Shown piece after piece: positions 40,924 to 51,183 of a stretch of 64,000 nucleotides of DNA. The translations under genes and the position numbers were made by a program. The DNA lies in contig CAWDVR010000002.1 in assembly GCA_963805975.1 (NCBI GenBank), forward strand, positions 416,001 to 480,000, in the 5' to 3' direction. This DNA is from an uncultured Acidobacteriota bacterium (GTDB taxonomy: Bacteria > Acidobacteriota > Thermoanaerobaculia > Multivoradales > SZUA-115). Below the pieces are notes generated by a model. The model saw nothing but the letters and a program-made list of their open reading frames with translations, searched no databases and was not told the DNA's origin. The stretch's first letter is position 1, and every line of letters begins with the position of its first letter.

Positions 40924-42563
40924 CAGCACGGCTGCACCCGGAACGCGGCGACGCGCTGGGAAAGGCCCTTCAGGGTGAACTCTCCCAAGGGCTCGGTGGC
41001 GACCGTGCCGCCGAGCAGCCGCTCGGTCTCGCTGCCCAGCACCACGTCGCCGGGGGCCGCCACCTGCTCCTCGAGCCGCGACGCCACGTTCACCACGTTG
41101 CCGATCACGGTGTAGTCCACGCGGCGCGAGCTGCCCATCTCGCCGACCACCACCGGCCCGCTGTTGAGCGCCAGCCGCGCCACGAGCGGCAGTGCCGTGC
41201 CGCGCCGCTGGTTCCAGGCCGCGAGGCCGCGCTGGATCTCGATCGCCGCCCGGACCGCCCGCGCCGCGTGGTCCTCCTGCGCCATGGGTGCGCCGAAGAA
41301 GGCCATCACGCAGTCGCCGATGAACTTGTCGAGCGTGCCGCCGGCGGAAAAGATCGCTTCCACCGCGGTGTCGAAGAAAGCCCCGAGCAGCTCCTCCACC
41401 TCGCCCGGCCGTGCCGTCTCGGCGACCGCCGTGAAGCCCACGAGGTCGGCGAAGAGGACCGTCACCTCCGCCGGCTTGAGACGGGTCAGCACTCCGGTGC
41501 CGCGCTCCTGCCGCATCACCTCTTCGATCACCGACGGCGAGTGGTAGCGCTCCAGGCGCCCCCGCAGGCGCTTCTCGAGCTCGGCACGCTCGGCGAAGCG
41601 CAAGCGCTCGACGGCGACCGCCGCGTAGTTGGCGAGCGCGGTCAGAAAATCGAGGTCGCGCTCGGTGAAGGCGCCGGCACGAAACGGCGTGTCCACCTGC
41701 ACGACGCCGATGATGGTCTCGGCCGACCACAGCGGCACGCACATCGCGGCCCGGATCTTGTGCATTTGGATCGAGTGGCCACTCTGCCAGCGCTCGTCGG
41801 TCTGCGCGTCGAAGGTGATCACCGCCACGCGCTCGTTGATCACCGCGTCGAGCATCGAGCGCGACACCGGCACCTCGCCCTGCGGCCGCCGCACCAGCCG
41901 CTCGCCGGAGCGCGCCAGCTCGCACACCGGCTCGCCCCGTTCGTCGAGCAGCAGGATGAAGCCGCGGTCGATCGGCAGCGCCTCGAAGGCGATCTCGGTG
42001 ACCCGCTCGAGGACCTCCTCGACGCTCTCGGCCTTTTGCAGCAAGGTCGCGAGCCGCGTCAGGAAGCCGAAGATGCGGTTGCCGTACGCCTGGTCGAGCG
42101 CTTCGCGCTTTTCCTGCGAGTGGGCCGCGACCGCCGAGGCGGGAGAGAGGCCGTAGGAGGCGGCGAACTGCGCCAGCGGGCGGACCACGGTACCGTGCGT
42201 CATGTCGAGCACCGAGGCCACGCGACGCGGCGGCGGCGCCTCGGGCGCGGTGGTCGCCGGGGCCGCCGCGGCGACGCGCAGCTCGAAGGCGCCGATGCGC
42301 ACCACGTCGCCCGCCGCCAGGCGCGCCTGCGCCCGCGCCTCGCCGTTGACGTAGACGCCGTTGGTGCTGCCCTGGTCCTCGATCTCCCAGGCACCGCGGC
42401 GCCACACGAGCTTGGCGTGACGACGCGAGACCGAGGCATCGGCGAGCACGATCGAGCTGTCCGTGCCGCGGCCGATCGAGACCTCGCTGCCGGCCAGCGG
42501 ATAGACGCGCGGCTGGCCGGCGACCAGGCGCTCAAGGCTCCAGGCGATGGCGTCCGGGGTCAC
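40920..42563 (-). CDS. FHA-GAF-class III adenylate cyclase
   Basis: FHA IGR..VSRRHA..STNG; GAF; LFADLVGFT, DKFIGD, YTVIGNVVNVASRLE. Confidence 0.92.
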   Translation of the reverse strand: MTPDAIAWSLERLVAGQPRVYPLAGSEVSIGRGTDSSIVLADASVSRRHAKLVWRRGAWEIEDQGSTNGVYVNGEARAQARLAAGDVVRIGAFELRVAAAAPATTAPEAPPPRRVASVLDMTHGTVVRPLAQFAASYGLSPASAVAAHSQEKREALDQAYGNRIFGFLTRLATLLQKAESVEEVLERVTEIAFEALPIDRGFILLLDERGEPVCELARSGERLVRRPQGEVPVSRSMLDAVINERVAVITFDAQTDERWQSGHSIQMHKIRAAMCVPLWSAETIIGVVQVDTPFRAGAFTERDLDFLTALANYAAVAVERLRFAERAELEKRLRGRLERYHSPSVIEEVMRQERGTGVLTRLKPAEVTVLFADLVGFTAVAETARPGEVEELLGAFFDTAVEAIFSAGGTLDKFIGDCVMAFFGAPMAQEDHAARAVRAAIEIQRGLAAWNQRRGTALPLVARLALNSGPVVVGEMGSSRRVDYTVIGNVVNVASRLEEQVAAPGDVVLGSETERLLGGTVATEPLGEFTLKGLSQRVAAFRVQPCW

Positions 42564-42569
42564 GGGTCG

Positions 42570-42598
42570 AGCATGCTGCCCCGGCCGAGGCCTGTCAA
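42570..42598 (-). promoter_or_regulatory. Sigma70-type promoter of the cyclase gene, probably leaderless
   Basis: TTGACA (42598-42593), 17 nt, CATGCT (42575-42570), 6 nt, GTG 42563. Confidence 0.65.
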
Positions 42599-42629
42599 GA
42601 TCGCCACGCTGTTACAATCGGGCTCCGAC

Positions 42630-44054
42630 ATGCCCGCCGCCTTGCCGCAAAATCCGTTGCACGACAGGTATGCCTCGCCGGAGATGGCTCTCCTCTTCTC
42701 GGCGGAGCACCGCTATCGGCAATGGCGGAAGCTGTGGATCACGCTCGCCGACTGCGAGCGCGAGCTGGGCCTGCCGATCACCGGCGAGCAGATCGCCGAG
42801 CTCGAGCGCGCCGCCGACACGATCGACTTCGAGCGCGTGGCGGAGATCGAGCGCCAGACGCGGCACGACGTGGTGGCCCACCTGCGCCACTTCGCGGAGC
42901 TCGCGCCCGGGGCCGGCGGCATCCTCCATCTGGGGGCCACCAGCGCCTTCATCACCGACAACACCGACGTGCTGATCACACGCGACGCGCTGCGGCTCCT
43001 CGAGCGGCGGCTGGTGGCGACGACTGCGGCACTCGGTGACTTCGCGCGGCGGACACGCGACGTCCCCTGCCTTGCCTACACCCATTTTCAACCCGCGCAG
43101 CTCACCACGGTGGGCAAGCGCGCCTGCCTGTGGGCGCAGGACTTCGTGCTCGATCTGGCCGAGCTGCGCCACCGCCTGGCGACGCTGCGCTGCCGCGGCG
43201 TCAAGGGCACCACGGGCACGCAGGCGAGCTTCCTGACGCTCTTTGCCGGCGACCACGGCAAGGTGCGCGAGCTGGACTCGCGCGTGGCGCGGCGGCTGGG
43301 CTTTGCCGAGAGCTTCCCGGTCACCGGGCAGACCTACCCCAGGAAGCAGGACAGCCAGGTGCTGGCCGTCCTCACAGGCGTGGCCGAGAGCTGCCACAAG
43401 CTCGGCACCGACCTGCGTCTGCTGCAGGGCGTGGGCGAGCTCGCCGAGCCCTTCGACTCGACCCAGGTGGGCTCCTCGGCCATGGCCTACAAGCGCAACC
43501 CGGTGCGTACCGAGCGCATGTGCGGCCTCGCCCGGCGGCTGATCACCGACGGCTTGAACGGCCCGCTCAACGCCGCCACGCAGTGGCTCGAGCGCAGCCT
43601 CGACGATTCGGCCAACCGCCGGCTGGTGCTGGCGGACTCGTTCCTCACCGCCGACGCCATTCTCGGCCTGGCCGCGCACGTGGCCTCCGGGCTCACCGTC
43701 CGCGAGGCCACGGTGGCCGCGCGCGTGGCCCGCGAGCTGCCGTTCATGGCCACCGAGACGCTCCTCATGCAGGCGGCGCTCAAGGGCGGCGACCGGCAGG
43801 AGCTGCACGAACGCATCCGCACCTTGAGCCTCGAAGCGCAGCAGGAGGTGGAGAGCGGAGGACCGAACAACCTGGTCGATCGGATCGTCGCCGACGGTGC
43901 GTTCCGGCTGACTCGGAAGGAGGTGGACTCGTGGCTCGACCCGCAAGCCTTCACTGGCCGCTCCGCGGCGCAGGTGGACGAGTTCCTGGCCTCGACCCTG
44001 GAGCCCGCGCTCCACGGCGCGGAGGCCGCCTCCGTCGAGGCGCCGAGGGTCTAG
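42630..44054 (+). CDS. purB: Adenylosuccinate lyase
   Basis: RYASPEM, RHDVVAH, HLGATS, THFQPAQ, GSSAMAYKRNP. Confidence 0.96.
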   Translation: MPAALPQNPLHDRYASPEMALLFSAEHRYRQWRKLWITLADCERELGLPITGEQIAELERAADTIDFERVAEIERQTRHDVVAHLRHFAELAPGAGGILHLGATSAFITDNTDVLITRDALRLLERRLVATTAALGDFARRTRDVPCLAYTHFQPAQLTTVGKRACLWAQDFVLDLAELRHRLATLRCRGVKGTTGTQASFLTLFAGDHGKVRELDSRVARRLGFAESFPVTGQTYPRKQDSQVLAVLTGVAESCHKLGTDLRLLQGVGELAEPFDSTQVGSSAMAYKRNPVRTERMCGLARRLITDGLNGPLNAATQWLERSLDDSANRRLVLADSFLTADAILGLAAHVASGLTVREATVAARVARELPFMATETLLMQAALKGGDRQELHERIRTLSLEAQQEVESGGPNNLVDRIVADGAFRLTRKEVDSWLDPQAFTGRSAAQVDEFLASTLEPALHGAEAASVEAPRV

Positions 44055-44101
44055 GCAGCCTCCCGGCCGGCCGCCGGGCCGCGATCCACCTCCTCGCGCT
44101 G

Positions 44102-44722
44102 GTGATCGCGCTCGCCTCCGGCTTCGCCGCCGGCTGCCGCTCCTCACGCCCCCAGGCGCGCGCGCCGGAGCCCGGCACCCGGAAGCTGATCGAAAAGGGT
44201 GAGGCGTCCTGGTACGGGCCGGGCTTTCACGGCCGCCGCACGGCCAACGGCGAGCGCTTCGACGGCCGCAGCATGACCGCCGCCCATCAGACCCTGCCGT
44301 TCGACACCCTGGTCGAGGTCGTGAACCTCGACAATGGCCGCTCCGCCGTGGTGCGCATCAACGACCGCGGCCCCTTCGCGCGCAAACGCATCATCGACCT
44401 CTCCCGCACCGCGGCCGAGGCGCTCGGCGTCATCGGCCCCGGCATCGCGCGAGTCGAGCTCTACACTGTGGCGGGGGCCGCCGTGCCCGCGCCCCGACCC
44501 TTCACCGTGCAGGTCGGGGCCTTCCACGAGCCGGAGCGCGCGCAGAGCCTCGCCGACGAGCTCGTGCCCCGCTTCTCCGGGGTCGAGGTGCGCTCCGACG
44601 GCACCTGGTACCGCGTACAGGTGGCCCGCTTCGACCGCCGCGACACCGCCGACGACCTCCGTTGCCGCCTGGCCGAGGCCGGGTATCCAGCGGTGGTGGT
44701 CGAGGTGACGGGGGACGAGTGA
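44102..44722 (+). CDS. rlpA: RlpA lipoprotein (DPBB + SPOR); start uncertain
   Basis: Lipobox-like FAAGC, ASWYG..FHGRRTANGE, AAHQTLPF, INDRGPF; SPOR VQVGAF. Confidence 0.9.
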   Translation: MIALASGFAAGCRSSRPQARAPEPGTRKLIEKGEASWYGPGFHGRRTANGERFDGRSMTAAHQTLPFDTLVEVVNLDNGRSAVVRINDRGPFARKRIIDLSRTAAEALGVIGPGIARVELYTVAGAAVPAPRPFTVQVGAFHEPERAQSLADELVPRFSGVEVRSDGTWYRVQVARFDRRDTADDLRCRLAEAGYPAVVVEVTGDE

Positions 44723-44736
44723 GGAAGGGAACACCC

Positions 44737-45186
44737 ATGAAGAGAACCTCCCTGGCAGTCCTGGCCCTGGCCGCACTGCTGTCGGCAGGCCAGGCCGCGT
44801 CCGAGACCCACGACGAGCTCGCTTCTCAGGTGCGTGCCGCGGAGACCGCCTTCGCCAAGACCATGGCGGCGCGCGACCACGCCGCTTTCGGCTCGCACGT
44901 CGCCGACGACGCGATCTTCTTCGGCCAGAGCGCCCTGCGCGGCAAATCCGCGATCGCCGCGGGCTGGAAGCCGTTCTTCGAGGGCCCCGCGGCCCCCTTC
45001 TCCTGGGAGCCCACGACGGTCGAGGTGCTCGACTCCGGCACCCTGGCGCTCTCGAGCGGCCCGGTGCGCGACCCGGAAGGCAAGCAGGTCGGAACCTTCA
45101 CCTCGATCTGGCGCCGCGAGGCCGACGGCCAGTGGCGCGTGGTATTCGACAAGGGCTGCCCCTGCGACCGGGGCGCGGCGCCGTGA
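44737..45186 (+). CDS. Exported NTF2-like/DUF4440 protein
   Basis: Signal peptide; AETAFAKTM, FTSIWRRE.DG.WRVVFDKG. Confidence 0.85.
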   Translation: MKRTSLAVLALAALLSAGQAASETHDELASQVRAAETAFAKTMAARDHAAFGSHVADDAIFFGQSALRGKSAIAAGWKPFFEGPAAPFSWEPTTVEVLDSGTLALSSGPVRDPEGKQVGTFTSIWRREADGQWRVVFDKGCPCDRGAAP

Positions 45187-45193
45187 CGCGGCG

Positions 45194-45604
45194 ATGAGGA
45201 ACACCCCCGTGGAAACCGCGGTTCAGATCTTGGCGGTGATCCAGCTCGCCACCATCGGCCTGTCCCACGTCCTGGCTCCGCGTGCCTGGGCCGATCTCTT
45301 CATCCTCCTGCGAAGTAAGGGGCACGCCGGGGTCTTCGTCGTGGCCTTCCTGAGCCTCTGGTTCGGCTCCGTCATCGTCGCGTTCCACAACGTGTGGTCC
45401 GGCATCCCGGCCGTGCTCACCCTCCTCGGCTGGGCGCAGGTCTTGAAGGCGCTGATCTACTTCACCTTCCCCGCCTACGGCCTGCGTGCCCTTTCCACGG
45501 TGTCCGTGGAACGGGCGCGAGTCTTCGTCTACGCAGGGCTCTTCCTGCTCGCTCTCGCGAGCCTCGTTGGCTACCACCTGGGGTCGGCGGGCGCAGGCGG
45601 CTGA
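45194..45604 (+). CDS. Small 4-TM hypothetical membrane protein
   Basis: Hydrophobic ORF with FHNVWSG..VLTLLGW motif. Confidence 0.75.
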   Translation: MRNTPVETAVQILAVIQLATIGLSHVLAPRAWADLFILLRSKGHAGVFVVAFLSLWFGSVIVAFHNVWSGIPAVLTLLGWAQVLKALIYFTFPAYGLRALSTVSVERARVFVYAGLFLLALASLVGYHLGSAGAGG

Positions 45605-45632
45605 GCTGGAGAGCCGAGGCCCGGCAGAACTC

Positions 45633-46715
45633 TCAGCCCCTCCCCACCTCCGCCAAAAAGCTCTTGATCCCCACATCCAGCCGTCGCCGGTCGCGGTGGC
45701 GCTCGAAGGCGATGGCTACCAGGCGGTCGACGAGCTGAGGCAGGGGCACTCCCGAGAGCTCCCAGAGACGCGGGTACATGGAGATCGAGGTGAAGCCGGG
45801 CAGGGTGTTGATCTCGTTCACGTAGAGGTCCCCGGCGTGACCCAGCAGAAAGTCGACGCGGGCCATGCCCCAGCCACCGACGGCGGCGAAGGCCGCGACC
45901 GCCGTCGTCCGCAGACGCTCTTCGATCTCGGGCTCGAGTGGCGCCGGCGCCAGGAGCTGGGCGTCGTCGGTCAGGTATTTTTCCGCGTAGTCGTAGAAGT
46001 CGCCGCCGGGCACGATCTCGCCGACGTGCGATGCCTCTAGGCGGCCGTAACCCAGGACGGCGCACTCGAGCTCGCGGCCGGTGATGCCCTGCTCCACCAG
46101 AGCCACGTCGTCGAACTGCAGGGCAAAGCGAATCGAGGTCTCCAGGCACTGAGGGCTCGAGACCTTCTTGACGCCGACGCTCGAGCCGCCGATGCTCGGC
46201 TTGACGAAGAGCGGCAGCGGCAGGCCCTCCGTCTCCGCGATGCAGGCGGCCGGATCGGCCTCGAAGCGGTCTCGGCGGAAGGCCCGGAATGGCACCACCG
46301 CCACGCCGGCCGCCGCCAGCAAGGTCTTGGCCGCGAGCTTGTCCATGGCGATGGCGCTCGAGGTGACGCCGGTGCCGGCGTAGGGCAGGTCCAGCATTTC
46401 GCAGAGGCCCTGGAGGCAGCCGTCCTCGCCCCAGGTGCCGTGAGCGATCGGGAAGATCGCCTCGACGCGGGACTCGATCAGGTGCACCAGCGTGCTCGCG
46501 ACCGGCAAGCCCGCGGCCGGCAGCGCGTCGACCTCGCCGAGGAGGGCCGAGGTGCCCAGGGCGGGTGCCACCCAGCAGCCGTCCTCGGCGATTCCCAACG
46601 GCACGACCTCGTGCCCGGCCTCGATCAGCGCCCCTGCCACCGTGCGCGCCGAGCGCACCGATACCCGGTGCTCGACGCTCCTGCCGCCGAAGACGACTCC
46701 GACTCGCGCCATCAC
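45633..46715 (-). CDS. ddl: D-alanine--D-alanine ligase
   Basis: FGGRSVEHRVS, HGTWGEDG, MDK, GSSVG, YDYAEKY, NEINTLPGFT. Confidence 0.97.
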   Translation of the reverse strand: MMARVGVVFGGRSVEHRVSVRSARTVAGALIEAGHEVVPLGIAEDGCWVAPALGTSALLGEVDALPAAGLPVASTLVHLIESRVEAIFPIAHGTWGEDGCLQGLCEMLDLPYAGTGVTSSAIAMDKLAAKTLLAAAGVAVVPFRAFRRDRFEADPAACIAETEGLPLPLFVKPSIGGSSVGVKKVSSPQCLETSIRFALQFDDVALVEQGITGRELECAVLGYGRLEASHVGEIVPGGDFYDYAEKYLTDDAQLLAPAPLEPEIEERLRTTAVAAFAAVGGWGMARVDFLLGHAGDLYVNEINTLPGFTSISMYPRLWELSGVPLPQLVDRLVAIAFERHRDRRRLDVGIKSFLAEVGRG

Positions 46716-46725
46716 CAGCCTCCGT

Positions 46726-48342
46726 TCATTCCATGTCCACGAACTTCACCCACTGCGCCTCCTCGAACCCTGCCAGCTCGTCGAGCAGCTCGCGCGGGGG
46801 CTCGTCGTCGAGCACCAGCACCGCGAGCGCCTGCGGGATGGCGCCTCCCGGCGGGCGCGCACCGCGCTCCTGGCGCGCCAGGTGGATGTCCGCGATGTTG
46901 ATGCGCCGGCGGCCGAGGGCCATGCCCAGCTTGCCGACCACGCCCGGCAGGTCCAGGTTGCGCAGCAGCAGGAGCCTGCCCTCCGGCCGGAACTCGAGCC
47001 GGTAGCCGCCGACCGCGACCACGCGCGGCGCGCCGTCGGAGAAAAAGGTCCCCGCCAGATCGACCTCGCCGCCCGAGCCGGAAAGCCGCACGCGCACCAG
47101 GTGCGGATAGTCGGCCGCTTCGCTGTGCGTCGCGCAGTGCACGGCGATGGCACGGTCGCGCGCCAGAAGCTCGGCGTTCACGTAGTTCACCCCCTCGCCG
47201 AGGAACGGCTCGAGCGCCCCCTTGACCACCGCCACCTTGATCGCCGGCTGCAACGGCTCGTCGATCCCCCAGAGATCCACCTGCACGTCTTTGAGGCCGC
47301 CGTCGAGCAGGCGGCTCGCCAGCCGCGACAGCCGCTCGGCGAGCATCAGGAAGGGCTCGCTGCCCTTCGAGGCCGGCCGGAAGGGAAGGTTCACGGCGCC
47401 GGCGGGGAGCGCCCCGTCGAGCGCCGCGAGCACCATGCGCGCGGTCTCCTCGGCGATGCGCTCCTGTGCCTCGAAGGTCTGGGCGCCGATGTGCGGGGTG
47501 GCCACCACCCTGGGGTGGCGGGCGAGGTCGAAGCTCAGCGGCGGCTCCTGGGCGTAGACGTCGAGGCCGGCGCCGCCGAGCCTCCCTTCCTCGAGCGCGG
47601 CGAGGAGCGCCGCTTCGTCCACCAGGCCACCGCGAGCGCAGTTGACGAGCAGGGCCCCGGGCTTCATCTGCGCGAGGCGCGCAGCGGACAGCAGGCCGCG
47701 GGTCTGCTCGGTGAGCGGCGTGTGCAGGGTCACCACGTCGGAGCGCGCAAGGAGCGTGTCGAGGTCCACCAGCTCGACGCCCCGGTTGCGCGCCGCGGCG
47801 GGGTCGAGGAAGGGGTCGTAGGCCAAGAGCTTCATGTCGAAGCTGCGCGCGCGCTCGCCCACTCCCTGGCCGATGCGGCCGTAGCCCACGATGCCGAGCG
47901 TCTTGTTCTGCAGCTCGACGCCCTGGAAGGTCTTCCGGTCCCACTCGCCGCGCTTCATCGAGGCGTCGGCGGCGGGCAGCTTCTTGGCCAGCGCGATGAG
48001 CAGGGCGAAGGAGTGCTCGGTGGCCGAGATCAGGTTGGCGGTGGGCGCGTTGACCACCAGGATGCCCAGCTCGGTGGCGGTGGCGACGTCCACGTTGTCG
48101 ACGCCGATGCCGGCGCGGCCGACCACCCGGAGCCGGCGGCCGGCGCGCAGCAGCTCGGCCGTCACCTTGGTGGCGCTGCGCACCACGACGGCGTCGCAGT
48201 CGGCGATCAGCTCGGCGAGGCGCGGGCGCTCCTCGGCGGAGAGCAGATGGAGGTCCGCGCCGGCCTCGCGCAGCATGTCGAGGCCGACGGTCTCCAGCGA
48301 GTCACAGATCAGGATGCGGGGCATGGTCAGGTCCTTGCTCAT
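46726..48342 (-). CDS. serA: D-3-phosphoglycerate dehydrogenase (with ASB/ACT domains)
   Basis: VRSATKVT, GRAGIGVDNVD, GYGRIG, NCARGG, TPHIGA, C-terminal D.PGVVG..G..L. Confidence 0.95.
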   Translation of the reverse strand: MSKDLTMPRILICDSLETVGLDMLREAGADLHLLSAEERPRLAELIADCDAVVVRSATKVTAELLRAGRRLRVVGRAGIGVDNVDVATATELGILVVNAPTANLISATEHSFALLIALAKKLPAADASMKRGEWDRKTFQGVELQNKTLGIVGYGRIGQGVGERARSFDMKLLAYDPFLDPAAARNRGVELVDLDTLLARSDVVTLHTPLTEQTRGLLSAARLAQMKPGALLVNCARGGLVDEAALLAALEEGRLGGAGLDVYAQEPPLSFDLARHPRVVATPHIGAQTFEAQERIAEETARMVLAALDGALPAGAVNLPFRPASKGSEPFLMLAERLSRLASRLLDGGLKDVQVDLWGIDEPLQPAIKVAVVKGALEPFLGEGVNYVNAELLARDRAIAVHCATHSEAADYPHLVRVRLSGSGGEVDLAGTFFSDGAPRVVAVGGYRLEFRPEGRLLLLRNLDLPGVVGKLGMALGRRRINIADIHLARQERGARPPGGAIPQALAVLVLDDEPPRELLDELAGFEEAQWVKFVDME

Positions 48343-48344
48343 CT

Positions 48345-49466
48345 TCAGGGAGTTGGGGCGAGCGCCGCGTCCAGCGCGGCGAAGAGGTCGGTCAGGTCTG
48401 CGCTCCGCACTTCGCCCATGTGGCCGATGCGGAAGGTGCCTTCTTTCCACTCGCCGTAGCCGCCGCCCAGGGTGAAGCCTCGAGCGGCGAGGGCCTTCAC
48501 CAGCTCCGGCGCCGTGCGTGCGCCGGGGCCACGGAGGCAGGACACGGTCGGCGACCGGGAACCGGCGGCGGAAGCGAAGTCGAGGCCGCGCGTCGCGGCC
48601 CACGCCGCGGTCTGCCTCTGGAGTGCCTCGTGGCGGGCGAAACGGGTCGGGAGGCCCTCGGCCTCGATCACGTCGAGCTGCTTGGCGAGCGCGTAGACCA
48701 GCGGCACGGCCGGCGTGGTGATGGTCGACCCGGTCTCGCGGTGCTGGTCGCGGTAGCGCAGGAGGTCCGTGTAGTAGCCGCGGTTGGGCACCCTGGCGGC
48801 GCGCTCGGCGGCACGCTCGGAAAGGGTGACGAGCACCAGGCCGGGAGGGGCGGCGATGGCCTTCTGCACCCCGGCCACCACCACGTCGAGGCCGCAGGCG
48901 TCGGCCTCGACCGGGACGCCGCCGAGCGAGGAGACGGTGTCCGTGAGCAGCAGCGCGTCGCTCTCCTCCCGCACCGCGCGGGCGATCTCGGCGAGCGGGT
49001 TGAGCACCCCAGTCGAGGTCTCGTTGTGCACCACGGTGACCGCCTCGTAGCGCTTGCGGCGGAGCGCCCGGCGCACGAGATCCGGGTCCACCGCCTCGCC
49101 CCAGGGCACGGCCACGCGGTCCGCCTCCTTCCCCGCCGCGCGGCTGATGGCGTGCCAGCGCTCGGAGAAGGAGCCGCAGGTCAGGTTGAGGACCGCGGTC
49201 GAGACGGTCGACAGCACCGCCGCCTCCATCACCAGCGTGGAGCTGCCGGTCGCGAGGTAGACCTCGCCGCGGGTGGCGAACAGGGCGGGCAGCCGTCCGG
49301 CCAGGCTGGCGTAGAGCGCGCGAAAGGCCGGCGAGCGATGGCCGACGACCGGTGCGGTCATCGCCGCGCGCACCTCTTCGAGCACGTAGCAAGGCCCGGG
49401 GAGGAAGAAGCGGATGGCCTCGCGGCGGGCGGCGGTGGGTGGCGCCACAGGGGCCTCGAGGTTCAT
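48345..49466 (-). CDS. Class V PLP aminotransferase (alanine-glyoxylate/serine family), probable phosphoserine aminotransferase
   Basis: FLPGP, HNETSTG, DTVSSLG, GVQK, FRIGHMG; directly upstream of serA. Confidence 0.88.
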   Translation of the reverse strand: MNLEAPVAPPTAARREAIRFFLPGPCYVLEEVRAAMTAPVVGHRSPAFRALYASLAGRLPALFATRGEVYLATGSSTLVMEAAVLSTVSTAVLNLTCGSFSERWHAISRAAGKEADRVAVPWGEAVDPDLVRRALRRKRYEAVTVVHNETSTGVLNPLAEIARAVREESDALLLTDTVSSLGGVPVEADACGLDVVVAGVQKAIAAPPGLVLVTLSERAAERAARVPNRGYYTDLLRYRDQHRETGSTITTPAVPLVYALAKQLDVIEAEGLPTRFARHEALQRQTAAWAATRGLDFASAAGSRSPTVSCLRGPGARTAPELVKALAARGFTLGGGYGEWKEGTFRIGHMGEVRSADLTDLFAALDAALAPTP

Positions 49467-49555
49467 GCCGCATTGTGGCATCGGGGCGGGAACCGGGCAA
49501 GGGAGGCGTGGACCGGTACAAGCCCGGCCCGTGCCCGGCGGGAGCTCGCGAAGGA

Positions 49556-50002
49556 TCAATCCTCGGGCAGGAGACGCGCGCGGCGGAGGCGGGCGGCCAG
49601 GGATGGGGCCGTGAGAGCTCGGGAGGTGGTGCTCGGCAGTGGTCCTTCGAGGCGGAAGGCGTCGCCCGTGGGGACGAGGGCCGGGGCTGCGGTGAGGAGA
49701 GGCTCCTGGGAGTCCGGCGCGCCGCGCACCAGCACCAGCGCGCAGCCCAGGAAGTGCTCGCGCAGCAGATCCTTGAGCACCGGCGCTCCAGTCATGGGCT
49801 TGACGGTCACCATGCGCTGCGCACCGACGGCCACGGCGCGCAGGACGCCCAGGTCCGCCGCCGCGGCGAGAGGTGCGGGCGGCTCGACCGCCAGGCCGAG
49901 ATCCAGCCACCCGATGCGCAAGCCCTCGCCCCGCGCCGCGGCGATCAGCGCGGCGAACGCCTCCGGCGGCGCCTCGACCCGCGCCAGGTGCGGGACCTTC
50001 AC
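49556..50002 (-). CDS. Hypothetical protein, degenerate MobB-like
   Basis: GTGA overlap with the upstream gene; LIAAARGEGLRIGWL..LKDLLREHFLGCALVLVRG resembles MobB but has no Walker A. Confidence 0.55.
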   Translation of the reverse strand: MKVPHLARVEAPPEAFAALIAAARGEGLRIGWLDLGLAVEPPAPLAAAADLGVLRAVAVGAQRMVTVKPMTGAPVLKDLLREHFLGCALVLVRGAPDSQEPLLTAAPALVPTGDAFRLEGPLPSTTSRALTAPSLAARLRRARLLPED

Positions 50003-51183
50003 GGCTCCTCCGGATAGAGCAGGATCTCGCGCCGCTCCCGGCGAAAGGCGTCCTCGTCCTCCGGCCAGCCCGCCGCCAGCTCGGCCAGGCTTTCGCCCCC
50101 GCGCTCGATCGCGAGGCGGTAGGTCGCCGAGCCGGTCAGCAGGTCGATCGCCGGCCGGTCGCTCACGAACTCGTAGGGCGCCGCGCGCCACGCGAAGTCC
50201 GCCGTGGAATGGCGCGCGAGCGCCGCCAGCAGCTCGAGCCCGGCGCGGTAGGGCCGGAACGCCACGGCGTCTTCCACCACCATCTCGACACCGCCGCACA
50301 CCTCGCCGCGGTGCTTCTGGAACTGCGGCTTGAAGTAGGTGGGGACGAACGCCACGCCGGGGAGAGCGCGCGCGGTGAGCTCGTCCGCCAGGCGCAGCGG
50401 CTCGACCCAGGGAGCGCCCACGAGCTGGAACGGTCGCGTGGTGCCGCGGCCCTCGGAGACCGCCGTGGCCTCCACCAGGCAGCCGCCGGGGTAGATCAAG
50501 GCCGTCGCCAGAGTCGGCATGTTGGGCGACGGCGCGATCCACGCCAGCCCCGTCTCGCGCCACGGCATCTTCCTCGTCCAGCCGCGCATCTCCCACACGC
50601 GGTGGTGCGCGGGAAAGCCACGCCGCCGGGCTTCGAGCAGGAACAGCTCTCCCATCGTCAGGCCATGCCGCACCGGCAGGCGGAAGGCGCCGACGAAGGA
50701 CTCGAAGCCGGGCTCCAGGAGGTTGCCTTCGATCGCCTCGCCGCCAAGCGGGTTGGGCCGGTCCAGCACCCAGACCTCGCAGCCGGCGGCCAGCGCCACC
50801 TCGGCCGCCCAGATCGCCGTGGCGGCGAAGGTGTAGTAGCGGCTGCCCACGTCCTGGAGATCGACGATCAGGAGATCGAGGCCGGTAAATGCTGCCCGCT
50901 GCGGCACCAGGCTGTGCTCGGCCTCGCCGTAGAGCGACACGACGGGCAGGCCGGTCCACGGGTCGCGGCCGCCGGCGCTCGCCACCATGTCCTGCTCCAC
51001 GGCGTAGAGGCCGTGCTCGGGCCCGAACAGCACCGCCGGCGGATGCGGGCCCCGCGACAGCGCGAGGTGCGAAGGCACGAGATCGCGGGTCACGGCCGCG
51101 GCGTGCGCCAGGAGGCCGTAGCGCCGGCCGGCGAGCGCGCCCGGCTCGGCCAGCAGCCGGTCGAGGCCGGTGGCGACTCTCAC
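49999..51183 (-). CDS. DUF1343 / NamZ-like exo-beta-N-acetylmuramidase
   Basis: LFGPEHG, DLQDVGSRYYTF, LDRPNPLGG, PVRHGLTMGE, PSPNMP, SEGRGTTRPF. Confidence 0.92.
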   Translation of the reverse strand: MRVATGLDRLLAEPGALAGRRYGLLAHAAAVTRDLVPSHLALSRGPHPPAVLFGPEHGLYAVEQDMVASAGGRDPWTGLPVVSLYGEAEHSLVPQRAAFTGLDLLIVDLQDVGSRYYTFAATAIWAAEVALAAGCEVWVLDRPNPLGGEAIEGNLLEPGFESFVGAFRLPVRHGLTMGELFLLEARRRGFPAHHRVWEMRGWTRKMPWRETGLAWIAPSPNMPTLATALIYPGGCLVEATAVSEGRGTTRPFQLVGAPWVEPLRLADELTARALPGVAFVPTYFKPQFQKHRGEVCGGVEMVVEDAVAFRPYRAGLELLAALARHSTADFAWRAAPYEFVSDRPAIDLLTGSATYRLAIERGGESLAELAAGWPEDEDAFRRERREILLYPEEP

